Below, piece by piece: positions 49,412 to 57,856 of a DNA stretch of 64,000 nucleotides. The stretch spans positions 4,512,001-4,576,000 of the forward strand of contig OZ219926.1 of the NCBI GenBank assembly GCA_964291405.2. The letters run 5' to 3'. The DNA is from Thermodesulfobacteriota bacterium (lineage in GTDB: Bacteria; Desulfobacterota; Binatia; Bin18). The position numbers and the translations under genes are program-made. Positions within the stretch are counted from its first letter, which is position 1. Every line of letters starts with the position of its first letter. The notes beneath the pieces were generated by a model that saw only the letters and a program-made list of their open reading frames with translations, was not told the DNA's origin and did not search any database.

Positions 49412-49649
49412 AATTTGCCGGATAGGGCGGCTCAAACTCCTCGTCATCCTGCGGGATGGCGAGCAGCAGGTCCGTAAATGTTGGTGCTTTCGCCTTCTCC
49501 AGACGACACAGGCGTTCATACTCTTCGACCGAGAGTACCACGACTGCGGGTTTACCACGCCGCGTCACCCGCTGGGGTTCTCCCGCGACTGCGGCATCGA
49601 CAACGGCGCTGAGTTTGTTTCTTGCATCCTGTAGCGGCCACTCGTTCAT
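49317..49649 (-). CDS. Orphan Phd/YefM antitoxin; 3' end reads through antisense into hicA
   Basis: W.LQDARNKLSAVVDAA..GEPQRVTRRGKPAVVV; no toxin gene downstream. Confidence 0.8.
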   Translation of the reverse strand: MNEWPLQDARNKLSAVVDAAVAGEPQRVTRRGKPAVVVLSVEEYERLCRLEKAKAPTFTDLLLAIPQDDEEFEPPYPANFTPQEILLRTHQPVAESPPKSLRVNPQDDWE

Positions 49650-49674
49650 AAGCATTCTCCGTCCATTGGCCTTA

Positions 49675-49901
49675 GGGCAATTCACGATTCTGTGTAGCCG
49701 TCCGTCATTCCCGCGAAAGAACGTCACCCCGTACTTGATACGGGGCGGGAATCCAGACCCGCCCCCACTCCCCGTTCGTCCTGAGCGTAGCAAAGCGAAG
49801 TCGAAGGACTGGATGCCGGATCATAGCCTGCCCCGGACATGATCCGGGGTCCGGCATGACGGGAGTGGAACGGTACGGCTACAATATATCGTAAACCGCT
49901 C
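49675..49901. mobile_element. 227-bp MITE with TA duplication and nested palindromic modules
   Basis: TA 49673-74 and 49902-03; TIRs GGGCAATTCACGAT..TGTAGCCGT / ACGGCTACA..ATCGTAAACCGCTC; internal ATTCCCGC..GCGGGAAT, CCCCGTA..TACGGGG, ATGCCGGA..TCCGGCAT. Confidence 0.75.
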
Positions 49902-49903
49902 TA

Positions 49904-50742
49904 GGGTCAGGACTCAGAACCAATAGAGGACAATGGCGGCGAGGGTGACGGTGGCGCGGTAGTTCTGCGCGAGCTTGTCGTAGCGAGTGGCGCCGCGCCG
50001 CCAGTCCTTGAGGCGGCAGAACGTGCGTTCAATGACATTCCGTTCCTGGTAGGCCACGGGATCGAAGGGATGTTTGTGCTTGCGGGTTGGGTTGTTGGGG
50101 ATGACGGGTTGACAGCCCCGGCGCCCCCACCAGGCGCGCAACGCATCGCTATCGTAGGCCGTATCGGCCAGGCAGCGCCACGGGGTCATCTCCGCCACTA
50201 GGTCAGCCCCGACCAGGATGTCGCCACGATGGCCCGGCCGGACGAGCAGTCGCCGGGGGCGGCCCGCCCCATCGACCGAGGCGTGGAGTTTGGTGGTGCG
50301 GCCCCCACGCGACCGTCCAATCGCCTGCTGCACCGCCCCCCTTTGCCCCCGGCCGCTGACCGATGGGCCTTGACGGGCGTCGAATCCAGCATCAGCACCA
50401 TGGGCGGCCCGCCCGCCGCCGCCAACTCCGTCAACACCTGTTCCCACACACCTTTCCGCGCCCAGCGCACGAATCGATTATACGCCGTCTTATACGGGCC
50501 ATAGGCCGCTGGCGCATCGCGCCACCGACACCCGCTCTGCAACACATGGAGGATCCCCGAGATCACCCGCCGGTCATCCACCCGCGGCACCCCCCGGACC
50601 TTGTTTGGCAATAGCGGCTGGAGCCGCGCGAATTGTTCCTCGGATAACCAGTAAGGTGTGGCCATGGCTCTGCCCTCCTGACGGGACCGCATCCCAGCAC
50701 ACGCAGCGGACCACGACTACCCCCCGTTATGAGTCCAGACCC
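49904..50742 (-). mobile_element. IS5-family (IS427-like) insertion sequence, 839 bp
   Basis: 13-bp TIRs GGGTCAGGACTCA / TGAGTCCAGACCC (12/13 match); flanking TA; two overlapping transposase ORFs. Confidence 0.93.
49914..50665 (-). CDS. IS5 transposase (orfA/orfB joined by a predicted -1 frameshift)
   Basis: orfA PRVDDRRVISGI..WRDAP..YGP..YNRF.RW..MLDST; AAAGGGGGG slippery site near 50335-50345; orfB IGRSRGG.TTKLH, LAD.AYD, RNVIER.F.RLKDWR..ATRYDK. Confidence 0.9.
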
Positions 50743-50794
50743 TAGTCGAGCCACCACGTGTTCCCTTTTACCTTTCCTCTGAGCGTAATTCGAT

Positions 50795-50977
50795 CTAGGG
50801 TAATCGTCGTCCCAAATCCTGATATAGCTCAATAACCGCGGCCAGTGCGTCTTTGACGTTGCCCAATGCTTCGGACAGAGAGTCCCCTTTTGTGACCAAC
50901 TCCGGCAACAGGGGGGGAAGTGACCGTGTATCCGCCCTCGGGTTGAGGCGTCAGGAGAAGGAGACTTTGTAGTTCAT
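50795..50977 (-). pseudogene. hicB: HicB antitoxin pseudogene with two frameshifts
   Basis: Reconstructs to MNYKV..LLTPQPEGGYTVTSPLLPELVTKGDSLSEALGNVKDALAAVIELYQDLGRRLP*; one base missing near codon 6 and one extra base in the G7 run at 50911-50917. Confidence 0.75.
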
Positions 50978-51010
50978 ACAAACATCTATTTCAGCAAACA
51001 AACTCCATTG

Positions 51011-51901
51011 TCAGAAGCCCATTTGTGCTAGTGCCGGAAGAAACGGCGCAACAACAGGTCCAAAGACTTGCATATGATCTGCCAACATAGACATGAAAGA
51101 ATGATAATGTGTCTTGAAGTCTTCGGTGCCACGACTGCCCCTCATCTCCTCAATGAGGGATGTCATTTTGTCTATGATTTCCTGCTCTGCGGAGGCATTT
51201 GCGACCGCGTCCAATATCTGTGTGAATACCCTGTCGGAAGAACTTGAATCTAATTGAGCCTTCTGTTTGACGTTATTACTTCCGGTTGCCAAGTTTTGAA
51301 CGGTGCCGGTGATATGAGTATTGAAAATCTGTACAACCTTTTCTCCCGGAACAGGATTCGAGTTTATGGCAGCCTCGCCAGCGTTTGGATATTCCTTCTC
51401 AATCTCAAGGACAAAGTTCAGCACTCTGGTGCGAACTGTATCCAATATGGCGATCAGGCTGGAGCGAGGGAGCAATTGCCACGCGCTTAAACAATTCATG
51501 CCTTCGTAGATTCGTTCTCCAACAATGCTTACGAGGTCGGGAGGCCAACTGAGCCTGGAATATTCATCTCCTGCGAGATTGGCCAGTGCGCTGATAGGCA
51601 TATTGATTTTTGAAGTTTGAATAGGCTCACGTGCTTCCTCCGGCAAGGCGATTGGAGGGATTGGCGCGTTTTTCATCTGTCGCCCAAAAGGGCCAACAAA
51701 GTGGCCATAAGAATGGACGTTGAGCACGCGATAAGCTGGTAGTTCATCTTGGTCAGCATAGCCATTCAACTCATTATCGATCCAGCGAGAAAATTCTTCA
51801 CTTCCAAGTCTGGCCGCCAGTACCTTACACTTTCGAAGAAGTGTTGCGACCTGAGATTGCTCGTCGATTGCTGCTGCTTGTATATCCCGTAGCAAACTCA
51901 T
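51011..51901 (-). CDS. AbiTii-like domain protein
   Basis: LLRKCKVLAARL.....WID.ELNGY....ELP.YR N-terminus; AT-richer than flanks; GGAGGAG RBS. Confidence 0.75.
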   Translation of the reverse strand: MSLLRDIQAAAIDEQSQVATLLRKCKVLAARLGSEEFSRWIDNELNGYADQDELPAYRVLNVHSYGHFVGPFGRQMKNAPIPPIALPEEAREPIQTSKINMPISALANLAGDEYSRLSWPPDLVSIVGERIYEGMNCLSAWQLLPRSSLIAILDTVRTRVLNFVLEIEKEYPNAGEAAINSNPVPGEKVVQIFNTHITGTVQNLATGSNNVKQKAQLDSSSSDRVFTQILDAVANASAEQEIIDKMTSLIEEMRGSRGTEDFKTHYHSFMSMLADHMQVFGPVVAPFLPALAQMGF

Positions 51902-51949
51902 AGCTCCTCCAGAGCCTTAACGCTTTCAATCAGCCGGTCTATGGAATTC

Positions 51950-52927
51950 CTAAAATAAGTATAGGTATTTATCTTCGTAGTCCCTAGCGTTTTTGAACAT
52001 CGTATAGGTGAAAAACCGGCAAATCGCCTCTTTCCGTTCTGACGGCATAGAGTCGTAGTATTGCGGTGATATGACGAAATTTTCACACGATTCTAGGATA
52101 AATTTTGAAAGGAGGTATTTCTGTAAATACGCCTCACTTGATAGAAGCGGATGTAAATATGCGCTAACAAACGGTTTATCTCTTGGGATTGCTGACAGGA
52201 CAACCGCTACGTTGTTGTCTGTCGGGAATACGTTGAGTGTGACGCGAGGTGTTTCTGGTGCGTCAATATCGTCGAGTGAAAGCATGGAACTTACGGCAAT
52301 TGACGGTGGCTGGTTTCGGAAAAGAAGAACATGATGTTTTAGTTGTGACCAGTCATGAGATAAATAATATTGATCGAAATAGCGTTTGTATTCATAGCTT
52401 TCACGGGCGTTGAGGATACGAGCGGTTGCGTGCATACCTACGTCACACGGCTCGGTACCTGGAGATAATCCAACTTCAATTCGCTTCTGGTATGTAGATT
52501 GAAAAAGAATCGCGCTCTGAAGTACCGCGTAGTATTCTCGAAGAACTGCGCGATATGCCAACAGGAAAAGGTGGTTTAGGTTATTGAGGTCCGGTAGTTG
52601 GTCGTCTATAGGCTGGAAAAGATCGTTGTCGTGCTTCGCGCAGAGACCACTGAACGTGGTGGCTCTATTCTTACCGACACGATTGAAAGAGACTAGTGGC
52701 TGCGGGAGTTTGAGCTTCACTTGGGGCATTACTACATGGCCGTTGTCGCTTAATCGTTTGAGAACGGTGCCGCTGGGAATGGAATGTGCTCGAATTGCCC
52801 GTTGGTCGCAGCTCTCCATTGGTTCGAGACATTGATCTGTAGAACTGCCATAGATCTTGAAGATATGGTTAACAACTTCAAGGTTTGCCTGGTCGTTTAT
52901 ATCTCTAGGCAATTGATATCTCCCCAC
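51950..52927 (-). CDS. Hypothetical protein with an HNH/zinc-finger-like N-terminus
   Basis: C-x6-C..AIRAHSIP and TFSGLCAKHDN..F..ID motifs; start uncertain (overlaps the end of hsdS). Confidence 0.65.
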   Translation of the reverse strand: MGRYQLPRDINDQANLEVVNHIFKIYGSSTDQCLEPMESCDQRAIRAHSIPSGTVLKRLSDNGHVVMPQVKLKLPQPLVSFNRVGKNRATTFSGLCAKHDNDLFQPIDDQLPDLNNLNHLFLLAYRAVLREYYAVLQSAILFQSTYQKRIEVGLSPGTEPCDVGMHATARILNARESYEYKRYFDQYYLSHDWSQLKHHVLLFRNQPPSIAVSSMLSLDDIDAPETPRVTLNVFPTDNNVAVVLSAIPRDKPFVSAYLHPLLSSEAYLQKYLLSKFILESCENFVISPQYYDSMPSERKEAICRFFTYTMFKNARDYEDKYLYLF

Positions 52928-54035
52928 CCATCAACCGTGGCAGCAGCACGTCACGGGCTTTTGCAAGTTCTTGACTGTATTTTTCCAAACGATTCATCTG
53001 CTCATAAATTGCCGTGGTGTGTTGCTCAAACAGGGTAAGAATCTTGTTGTCCGGCAGAAGGAGAATCCGACTGTGGGCGAAGTCTCGGTTGAGGCCGGGA
53101 ACTGCGACATCTGTGTTGATAAACCGCGTGTGGAGCAAAGCATAATACAGGTAAATGGAGCAGTGCTTAGCTTCGATGAAATATACGGTGTCAATGGGAT
53201 AGAAGTCATCCTTGCTCCAGTGGACGCTTCCGGCGTTGCCTTTTCTGCCTACTATAATCGCTGGTCCGGGAACGAGCGCTTTTTCATGCGTTCCGACTAC
53301 TCCGCTTGAACCAAAGACTGGAAACGGCCCAGGTATCCGATGGTCTTTTTTGAGCGCCTTTCCATAATTCAGAGGAGCAAATTCACCTAACGGTTTCCTC
53401 TCCCACCCCTCCGGCACCCCGTCCTTAACCTTGACGTGCTCATGCCCAGGGAACCGAAGCCGCACGAACCACTCCTTGTAGAGCAGCCGCGCTGCCTGTT
53501 CTAGCAATTGAATCCGGCGTCGGTTGTTTTCAATCAGGTTATCGTAGGCGGAGAGGATGGAGGCGATACGGCGTTGCGTCGTACGGTCGGGGAGCGGAAG
53601 GCGGAATGCTGAGAGCACCTTGGCGTTCGCATTCGGCTGCGCAGCTCCTCCGATACGCGACATAATAAATCGCCTGTAGACATTAGATTCGACGATGCGA
53701 CCAACATAGCCTGGATCAGCTTTCTGTGGGTCAATACGTATTCGAACGAGATAGGAAGCGAATACGGCTTCCGGTTTATTGCGAATCAACTTAGCGTAAC
53801 CGACGGTTGCGCCAGTCCGGGCAATCACAATATCGTCGCGTATCAGTGAAAACTTGTTCTTACTCTTTTCGTCTATCTTACAGTAGGGAACAGAATCCCA
53901 GTCTATTTGCGACGGTACGATGTCCGTTATGCGCAAGAAGTGCGGCCCGATCGGTTGATCCGTTGCAGATGCCGTGTATCCATATTGCACAGACTTCGCG
54001 ATCTCAGCCAAGCTCTTGACTGATAAAGCCGTCAT
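52905..54035 (-). CDS. hsdS: Type I R-M specificity subunit
   Basis: Two TRDs; QRRIASILSAYD.LIENN..RI.LLE..A..LYKEWF, VPEGW, ARD.LLPRLM.GE. Confidence 0.95.
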   Translation of the reverse strand: MTALSVKSLAEIAKSVQYGYTASATDQPIGPHFLRITDIVPSQIDWDSVPYCKIDEKSKNKFSLIRDDIVIARTGATVGYAKLIRNKPEAVFASYLVRIRIDPQKADPGYVGRIVESNVYRRFIMSRIGGAAQPNANAKVLSAFRLPLPDRTTQRRIASILSAYDNLIENNRRRIQLLEQAARLLYKEWFVRLRFPGHEHVKVKDGVPEGWERKPLGEFAPLNYGKALKKDHRIPGPFPVFGSSGVVGTHEKALVPGPAIIVGRKGNAGSVHWSKDDFYPIDTVYFIEAKHCSIYLYYALLHTRFINTDVAVPGLNRDFAHSRILLLPDNKILTLFEQHTTAIYEQMNRLEKYSQELAKARDVLLPRLMGGEISIA

Positions 54036-54047
54036 CCTCCCAACTCC

Positions 54048-54269
54048 TCAACCTTCATGTTCAGGTATATTTTTCAACAAATCCCCGTACATTTCCGGGT
54101 CCGGCTCAATTTCTACGACTTTGCCATCCCGCATGACAATAACGCCGGTGCCGGCCTGGTGGGCGATGAGGTGGGCGCGTTGAGCGGCACGGAAGAGAGC
54201 GGCTGGAGCCGCCTGCATGTCGGGGTCCGCCAATTTGGATACCGGGACTTTGTTCTTGCTCTTCGTCAT
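54048..54269 (-). CDS. Small hypothetical protein, probable partner of the zeta-like gene
   Basis: ATGA overlap with the zeta-like gene; 'AL.RAA.RA...A...GT.V.V..DGKVV' pattern. Confidence 0.65.
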   Translation of the reverse strand: MTKSKNKVPVSKLADPDMQAAPAALFRAAQRAHLIAHQAGTGVIVMRDGKVVEIEPDPEMYGDLLKNIPEHEG

Positions 54270-54790
54270 TGGCCGTTACTTCCTTCGTCTTCCAGAACAG
54301 GTATGTCACCACTGTTGTTGAATTTTTGCCAATGGTCAACGCAATGGCGGTAGGTCTCTTGAAAATTACGCAAGCCCGTACGGAAACGACGACGTATGAC
54401 GTTTTCCGGGACCCCGTGTCCGCCCAGGTAGACGCGCTTGGCAACCCTAGCGATAGCCTCTTCAGGTGTCGTCAGGGATAAAAATATCAATTTGACAGTA
54501 TATCCGTCTGTCCGCCATTGCTTGATTTTTTTCACATAGCCTCGGCCTGCCAGCGTTGTTTCAAAGGCGAAACTCCTTCCCGCGTGAGCATGAGCGTTGA
54601 TTTCTTCCAGCATCAACCGACCGGCGCGAATGGCTGCGGTCTCGGGCCGGAAGGGTGACAAGCCCGTCGCTATCAGGTCGGCGTTGACAAAAACCGGGCA
54701 ATCCGCCTCGTTGGGCAGGTATTCAAGCGCAAAAGTCGTTTTGCCAGCCCCGTTTGGTCCGGCAATGATAATGACTTTCTTATCCGGCAT
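54266..54790 (-). CDS. Zeta-toxin-like P-loop kinase/ATPase
   Basis: IIAGPNGAGKTT, FVNADLIA, FAFETTL, RVA.RV..GGH.VPE. Confidence 0.88.
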   Translation of the reverse strand: MPDKKVIIIAGPNGAGKTTFALEYLPNEADCPVFVNADLIATGLSPFRPETAAIRAGRLMLEEINAHAHAGRSFAFETTLAGRGYVKKIKQWRTDGYTVKLIFLSLTTPEEAIARVAKRVYLGGHGVPENVIRRRFRTGLRNFQETYRHCVDHWQKFNNSGDIPVLEDEGSNGQ

Positions 54791-55790
54791 TCAAATCTGC
54801 CCATACCTGCCGTCCGCGCGGGGTAGGGCGGTATTTCTGATTTCGGGCGTTGGGTGTGTCGGGCTGTGTCATTTCAATGTAACCGTCCTGCAATGCAGGG
54901 AGAAGATAGCGTTGTCGTAGTGACTTACGATCTTTAAGCCCGAGCGCCTTTTGAATCTCCTGTCTCGACATTTCACCTTCTAGTACGGCCAATAATCGCT
55001 TTACTTGGGGGGTTACTTGGGGGGGTACTTGAGGGGTTACTTGGGGGATGCGTATGGCTTCGAGAATGGTGTCCAACATGAACGCAATGAACGAAGTGCT
55101 GCTGCCTTCTGCCGAACTCCGCCGAATGGCTTCGTAATAGGCATCCTGCTTGGCGTGAATCAGACTTTCTACGGGAATATGGGCGAACAGCGGTTTCCAG
55201 CGTGTCAGAATCAGCGTTTGCCAGAGCCGTCCCATCCGCCCATTGCCATCTTCAAACGGGTGGATGAACTCGAATTCGTAATGGAAAACGGAACTGGCAA
55301 TCAGCGGATGCTCATCAGTGCTGCCGAGCCATACCAGCAGATTGGCCATAAGCTGGGGTACCCGCCGGGCGGGCGGGCCGATGTGGTGTATCTGACCTTG
55401 ACCCATTACGGACACTTGGCCTCGACGATAGTGGCCTGGAGCATCCAGCAGTCCGGTCATCAGCAACTCGTGGGCGCGCAGCAGGTCGGCCTCGCTGGTG
55501 GGATTCATGTGCTGGTATTGGTCGTATGCGCGGATGGCATTCCGCACCTCTTGAATGTCTCTCAACGGGGCGGCAATAGGCTTACCGTCGAGAATCGTGG
55601 AGATTTCCGCCTCACCCAGCGTGTTGCCTTCTATGGCAAGGGAGCCGTGAATCGTGCGGATACGGTTGATGCGCCGCAGGCGCAAATCCTGCGAAATGCC
55701 TGCCGCTTCGACTCGCCCAATTGCCTCGCCGACCTGCTCTACGCGAGTCAGAATCGCCGGTGTGATGGAGTAGGGCGGCTCTTCGCTCAT
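54780..55790 (-). CDS. Fic family protein with C-terminal wHTH
   Basis: HPFEDGNGRMGR; SLAIEGN auto-inhibitory motif; (T/P)PQV linker repeats. Confidence 0.93.
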   Translation of the reverse strand: MSEEPPYSITPAILTRVEQVGEAIGRVEAAGISQDLRLRRINRIRTIHGSLAIEGNTLGEAEISTILDGKPIAAPLRDIQEVRNAIRAYDQYQHMNPTSEADLLRAHELLMTGLLDAPGHYRRGQVSVMGQGQIHHIGPPARRVPQLMANLLVWLGSTDEHPLIASSVFHYEFEFIHPFEDGNGRMGRLWQTLILTRWKPLFAHIPVESLIHAKQDAYYEAIRRSSAEGSSTSFIAFMLDTILEAIRIPQVTPQVPPQVTPQVKRLLAVLEGEMSRQEIQKALGLKDRKSLRQRYLLPALQDGYIEMTQPDTPNARNQKYRPTPRGRQVWADLNAG

Positions 55791-57847
55791 AGCCCCAACT
55801 CCTCGAAATTCTTCTTAATCGTCGCTGCCAGACTGACCGCCTCGGCGTTGAGGTCTTCCAGCTCGGTATGAATCTCGCGTAGGGCTTGCCTGAAGTCGAA
55901 GTCCTCGTCTTCCTCTTCGGGCGCGACGCCGACGTAGCGACCAGGAGTCAGGCTCCAGTCGTTGGCTTCGATCTCAGCCCGGTCCACCAGCTTGACCAGC
56001 CCGTCTACGTCGCACAGCTCGGCCTCGGGGAAACGCTCAGTCAGCCAGTGGGCCTGACGCCAGAAATAGCACACCTGTTGGAGCTGTTCGACTACGCGCT
56101 GGCGCGCCTCATCCACGGCTTTGCGGGTGCGGCTGAGGTCGCGGCGTGCCTTGGCGTCAGCCGTGTTTTCGCACGTCTCGCTCAGACGGGAGGCCAGCTT
56201 GTATATCAGGTCGGCCTGTTGGGCCAGGTCGCGGCTGGATTCTTGAAAGGTGAAAGAGGAGGGCCGAAGGGCGCACTGAGTGGGGGAAGCCTCAAAATCC
56301 GTCCTTGTGGTTTGGATTGATTGACCGAATTGCTCAATGTCGTGAGTGAACCGTTTGATTTCCTGGGCCAATTCCTTTTTCAGAGTGTGCGCGGCTTCTC
56401 CCTTTTGTAGGGGTAATTCATGAATTACCCCTACGCATTTGTCTTTGAGTTTTTCCATAGCCGTAAGGAAATCGTGGGTCGGCTGGAGATTCTGGGCAGC
56501 CTCCAGCGAACGGCGGCAGTAGTCGGATACCAGGTTGAGAAACTTGTCGGTCTGGCCGCGATACAGCCAGACAATAGCCAAGAGGTTTTGCTGCTGCTCG
56601 GGGCTGAAGTCGTATATCTTGCGCGTGACCTTGCGGTAGACATTGCGGGCGTCGATCATCAGCACCTTGTCGCGGTGTGGCTGGGGCTTGGCACGGTTCA
56701 GGAACCAGAGCTCGCAGGGCACGGTGCGGGTGTAGAAGAAATTGGAGCGGATGGCGATCATGATGTCCACATCGCCGGTCTCGACCAGCTTCCGGCGGAC
56801 CTTGGCCTCATTGCCGCCGGCGCTTGACGCCTGTGAGGACATGACAAAGCCGGCCCGGCCCGTCTCGTTCAGATAGCCGTAGAAATAACTGATCCAGACA
56901 TAATTACCGTTGGAGACCTTGTCCTTCTTGTTCACGCCGGGCAGGCCGAAGGGCAGGCGCGGGTCTTTCTCGACCTTGTCGGCGTCAATCTCGTCCACGT
57001 TGAAAGGCGGATTGGCCATCACGTAATCGGCCTTGCCGGCCAACTCGTGCGGATCTTCGTAATAGGTGATAGCCTGCTGAACGTTCCCTTCGAGGCCGTG
57101 GACGGCCAGATTCATCTTGGCCAGCCGGATGGTGGTGGCGTTCTTCTCCAGACCACGGAAGGTCAGTTGCTCGGTGGGGCTTTGGCCGTGCTCTTCGACC
57201 GTGCGTGCGCTCTGGACGAACATGCCGCCCGAGCCGCAGGCCGGGTCGAGTACGGTGCCGCGCTGGGGGTCAAGCACATGGGCGATGAGCGAAACCAGGG
57301 AGACCGGTGTAAAGAATTCGCCGTTGTCGTGGGCCTTCTGGTCGGCGAATTGGGTCAGAAAATATTCGTAGATGCGGCCAAAGACATCGCCGGACACCTG
57401 CTTCAGTTCGTCCGGGTTGAGGAGGCGCAGGATATCTCCGAGGGTGGCGTTGCCCAGCTTTTGATACTCGTTCTTGGGCAGGACACCGCGCAGGTTGTTG
57501 TAGTTCGACTCAATGGAGTCCATCGCGTCCATGATGGCCTTGGCACGGTCCGCGCCGTCGGGCAGAGCCACGAGATGATCGAACTGGGCTTCCGGGTTCA
57601 GGAAGATCGCGCTCCGCTGGGAGAAGTCTTCCTTGGTGAGCGCCCTCCTCCTGCCGCCCCGGCTCGGCAGGGTGGGCTCGATCTCCCCCTTGGCCGTGAG
57701 ATAGCGGCTGTAGGCGTGACGCAGGAAGACCAGCCCCATCACGGGCAGGAAGTATTCGTTGCTGGCGTACTCGGAGTTGGCCCGCAGGGTGTCGGCTGCG
57801 CGCCAAAGCCGGCGTTCGATGGCCTCGATATGTTCGAGTTGGGACAT
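55787..57847 (-). CDS. hsdM: Type I R-M methyltransferase (m6A)
   Basis: LW.AAD.LR, GEFFTP, DPACGSGGMF, NPPF, WSLTPGRYVG. Confidence 0.97.
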   Translation of the reverse strand: MSQLEHIEAIERRLWRAADTLRANSEYASNEYFLPVMGLVFLRHAYSRYLTAKGEIEPTLPSRGGRRRALTKEDFSQRSAIFLNPEAQFDHLVALPDGADRAKAIMDAMDSIESNYNNLRGVLPKNEYQKLGNATLGDILRLLNPDELKQVSGDVFGRIYEYFLTQFADQKAHDNGEFFTPVSLVSLIAHVLDPQRGTVLDPACGSGGMFVQSARTVEEHGQSPTEQLTFRGLEKNATTIRLAKMNLAVHGLEGNVQQAITYYEDPHELAGKADYVMANPPFNVDEIDADKVEKDPRLPFGLPGVNKKDKVSNGNYVWISYFYGYLNETGRAGFVMSSQASSAGGNEAKVRRKLVETGDVDIMIAIRSNFFYTRTVPCELWFLNRAKPQPHRDKVLMIDARNVYRKVTRKIYDFSPEQQQNLLAIVWLYRGQTDKFLNLVSDYCRRSLEAAQNLQPTHDFLTAMEKLKDKCVGVIHELPLQKGEAAHTLKKELAQEIKRFTHDIEQFGQSIQTTRTDFEASPTQCALRPSSFTFQESSRDLAQQADLIYKLASRLSETCENTADAKARRDLSRTRKAVDEARQRVVEQLQQVCYFWRQAHWLTERFPEAELCDVDGLVKLVDRAEIEANDWSLTPGRYVGVAPEEEDEDFDFRQALREIHTELEDLNAEAVSLAATIKKNFEELGL
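56407..56434. repeat. Perfect 28-bp GTAG-type REP palindrome inside hsdM
   Basis: GTAGGGGTAATTCATGAATTACCCCTAC. Confidence 0.85.
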
Positions 57848-57856
57848 ACTCGCCGC

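Noticed and set aside
49650-49793. N-terminal extension of the Phd ORF (MLRSGRTG...)
   Set aside because: Translation of MITE palindromes; Phd similarity and the RBS begin at MNEW
52905-54035. Phase-variable hsdS (shufflon or SSR)
   Set aside because: Only one hsdS; no recombinase, silent TRDs or simple-sequence tract seen
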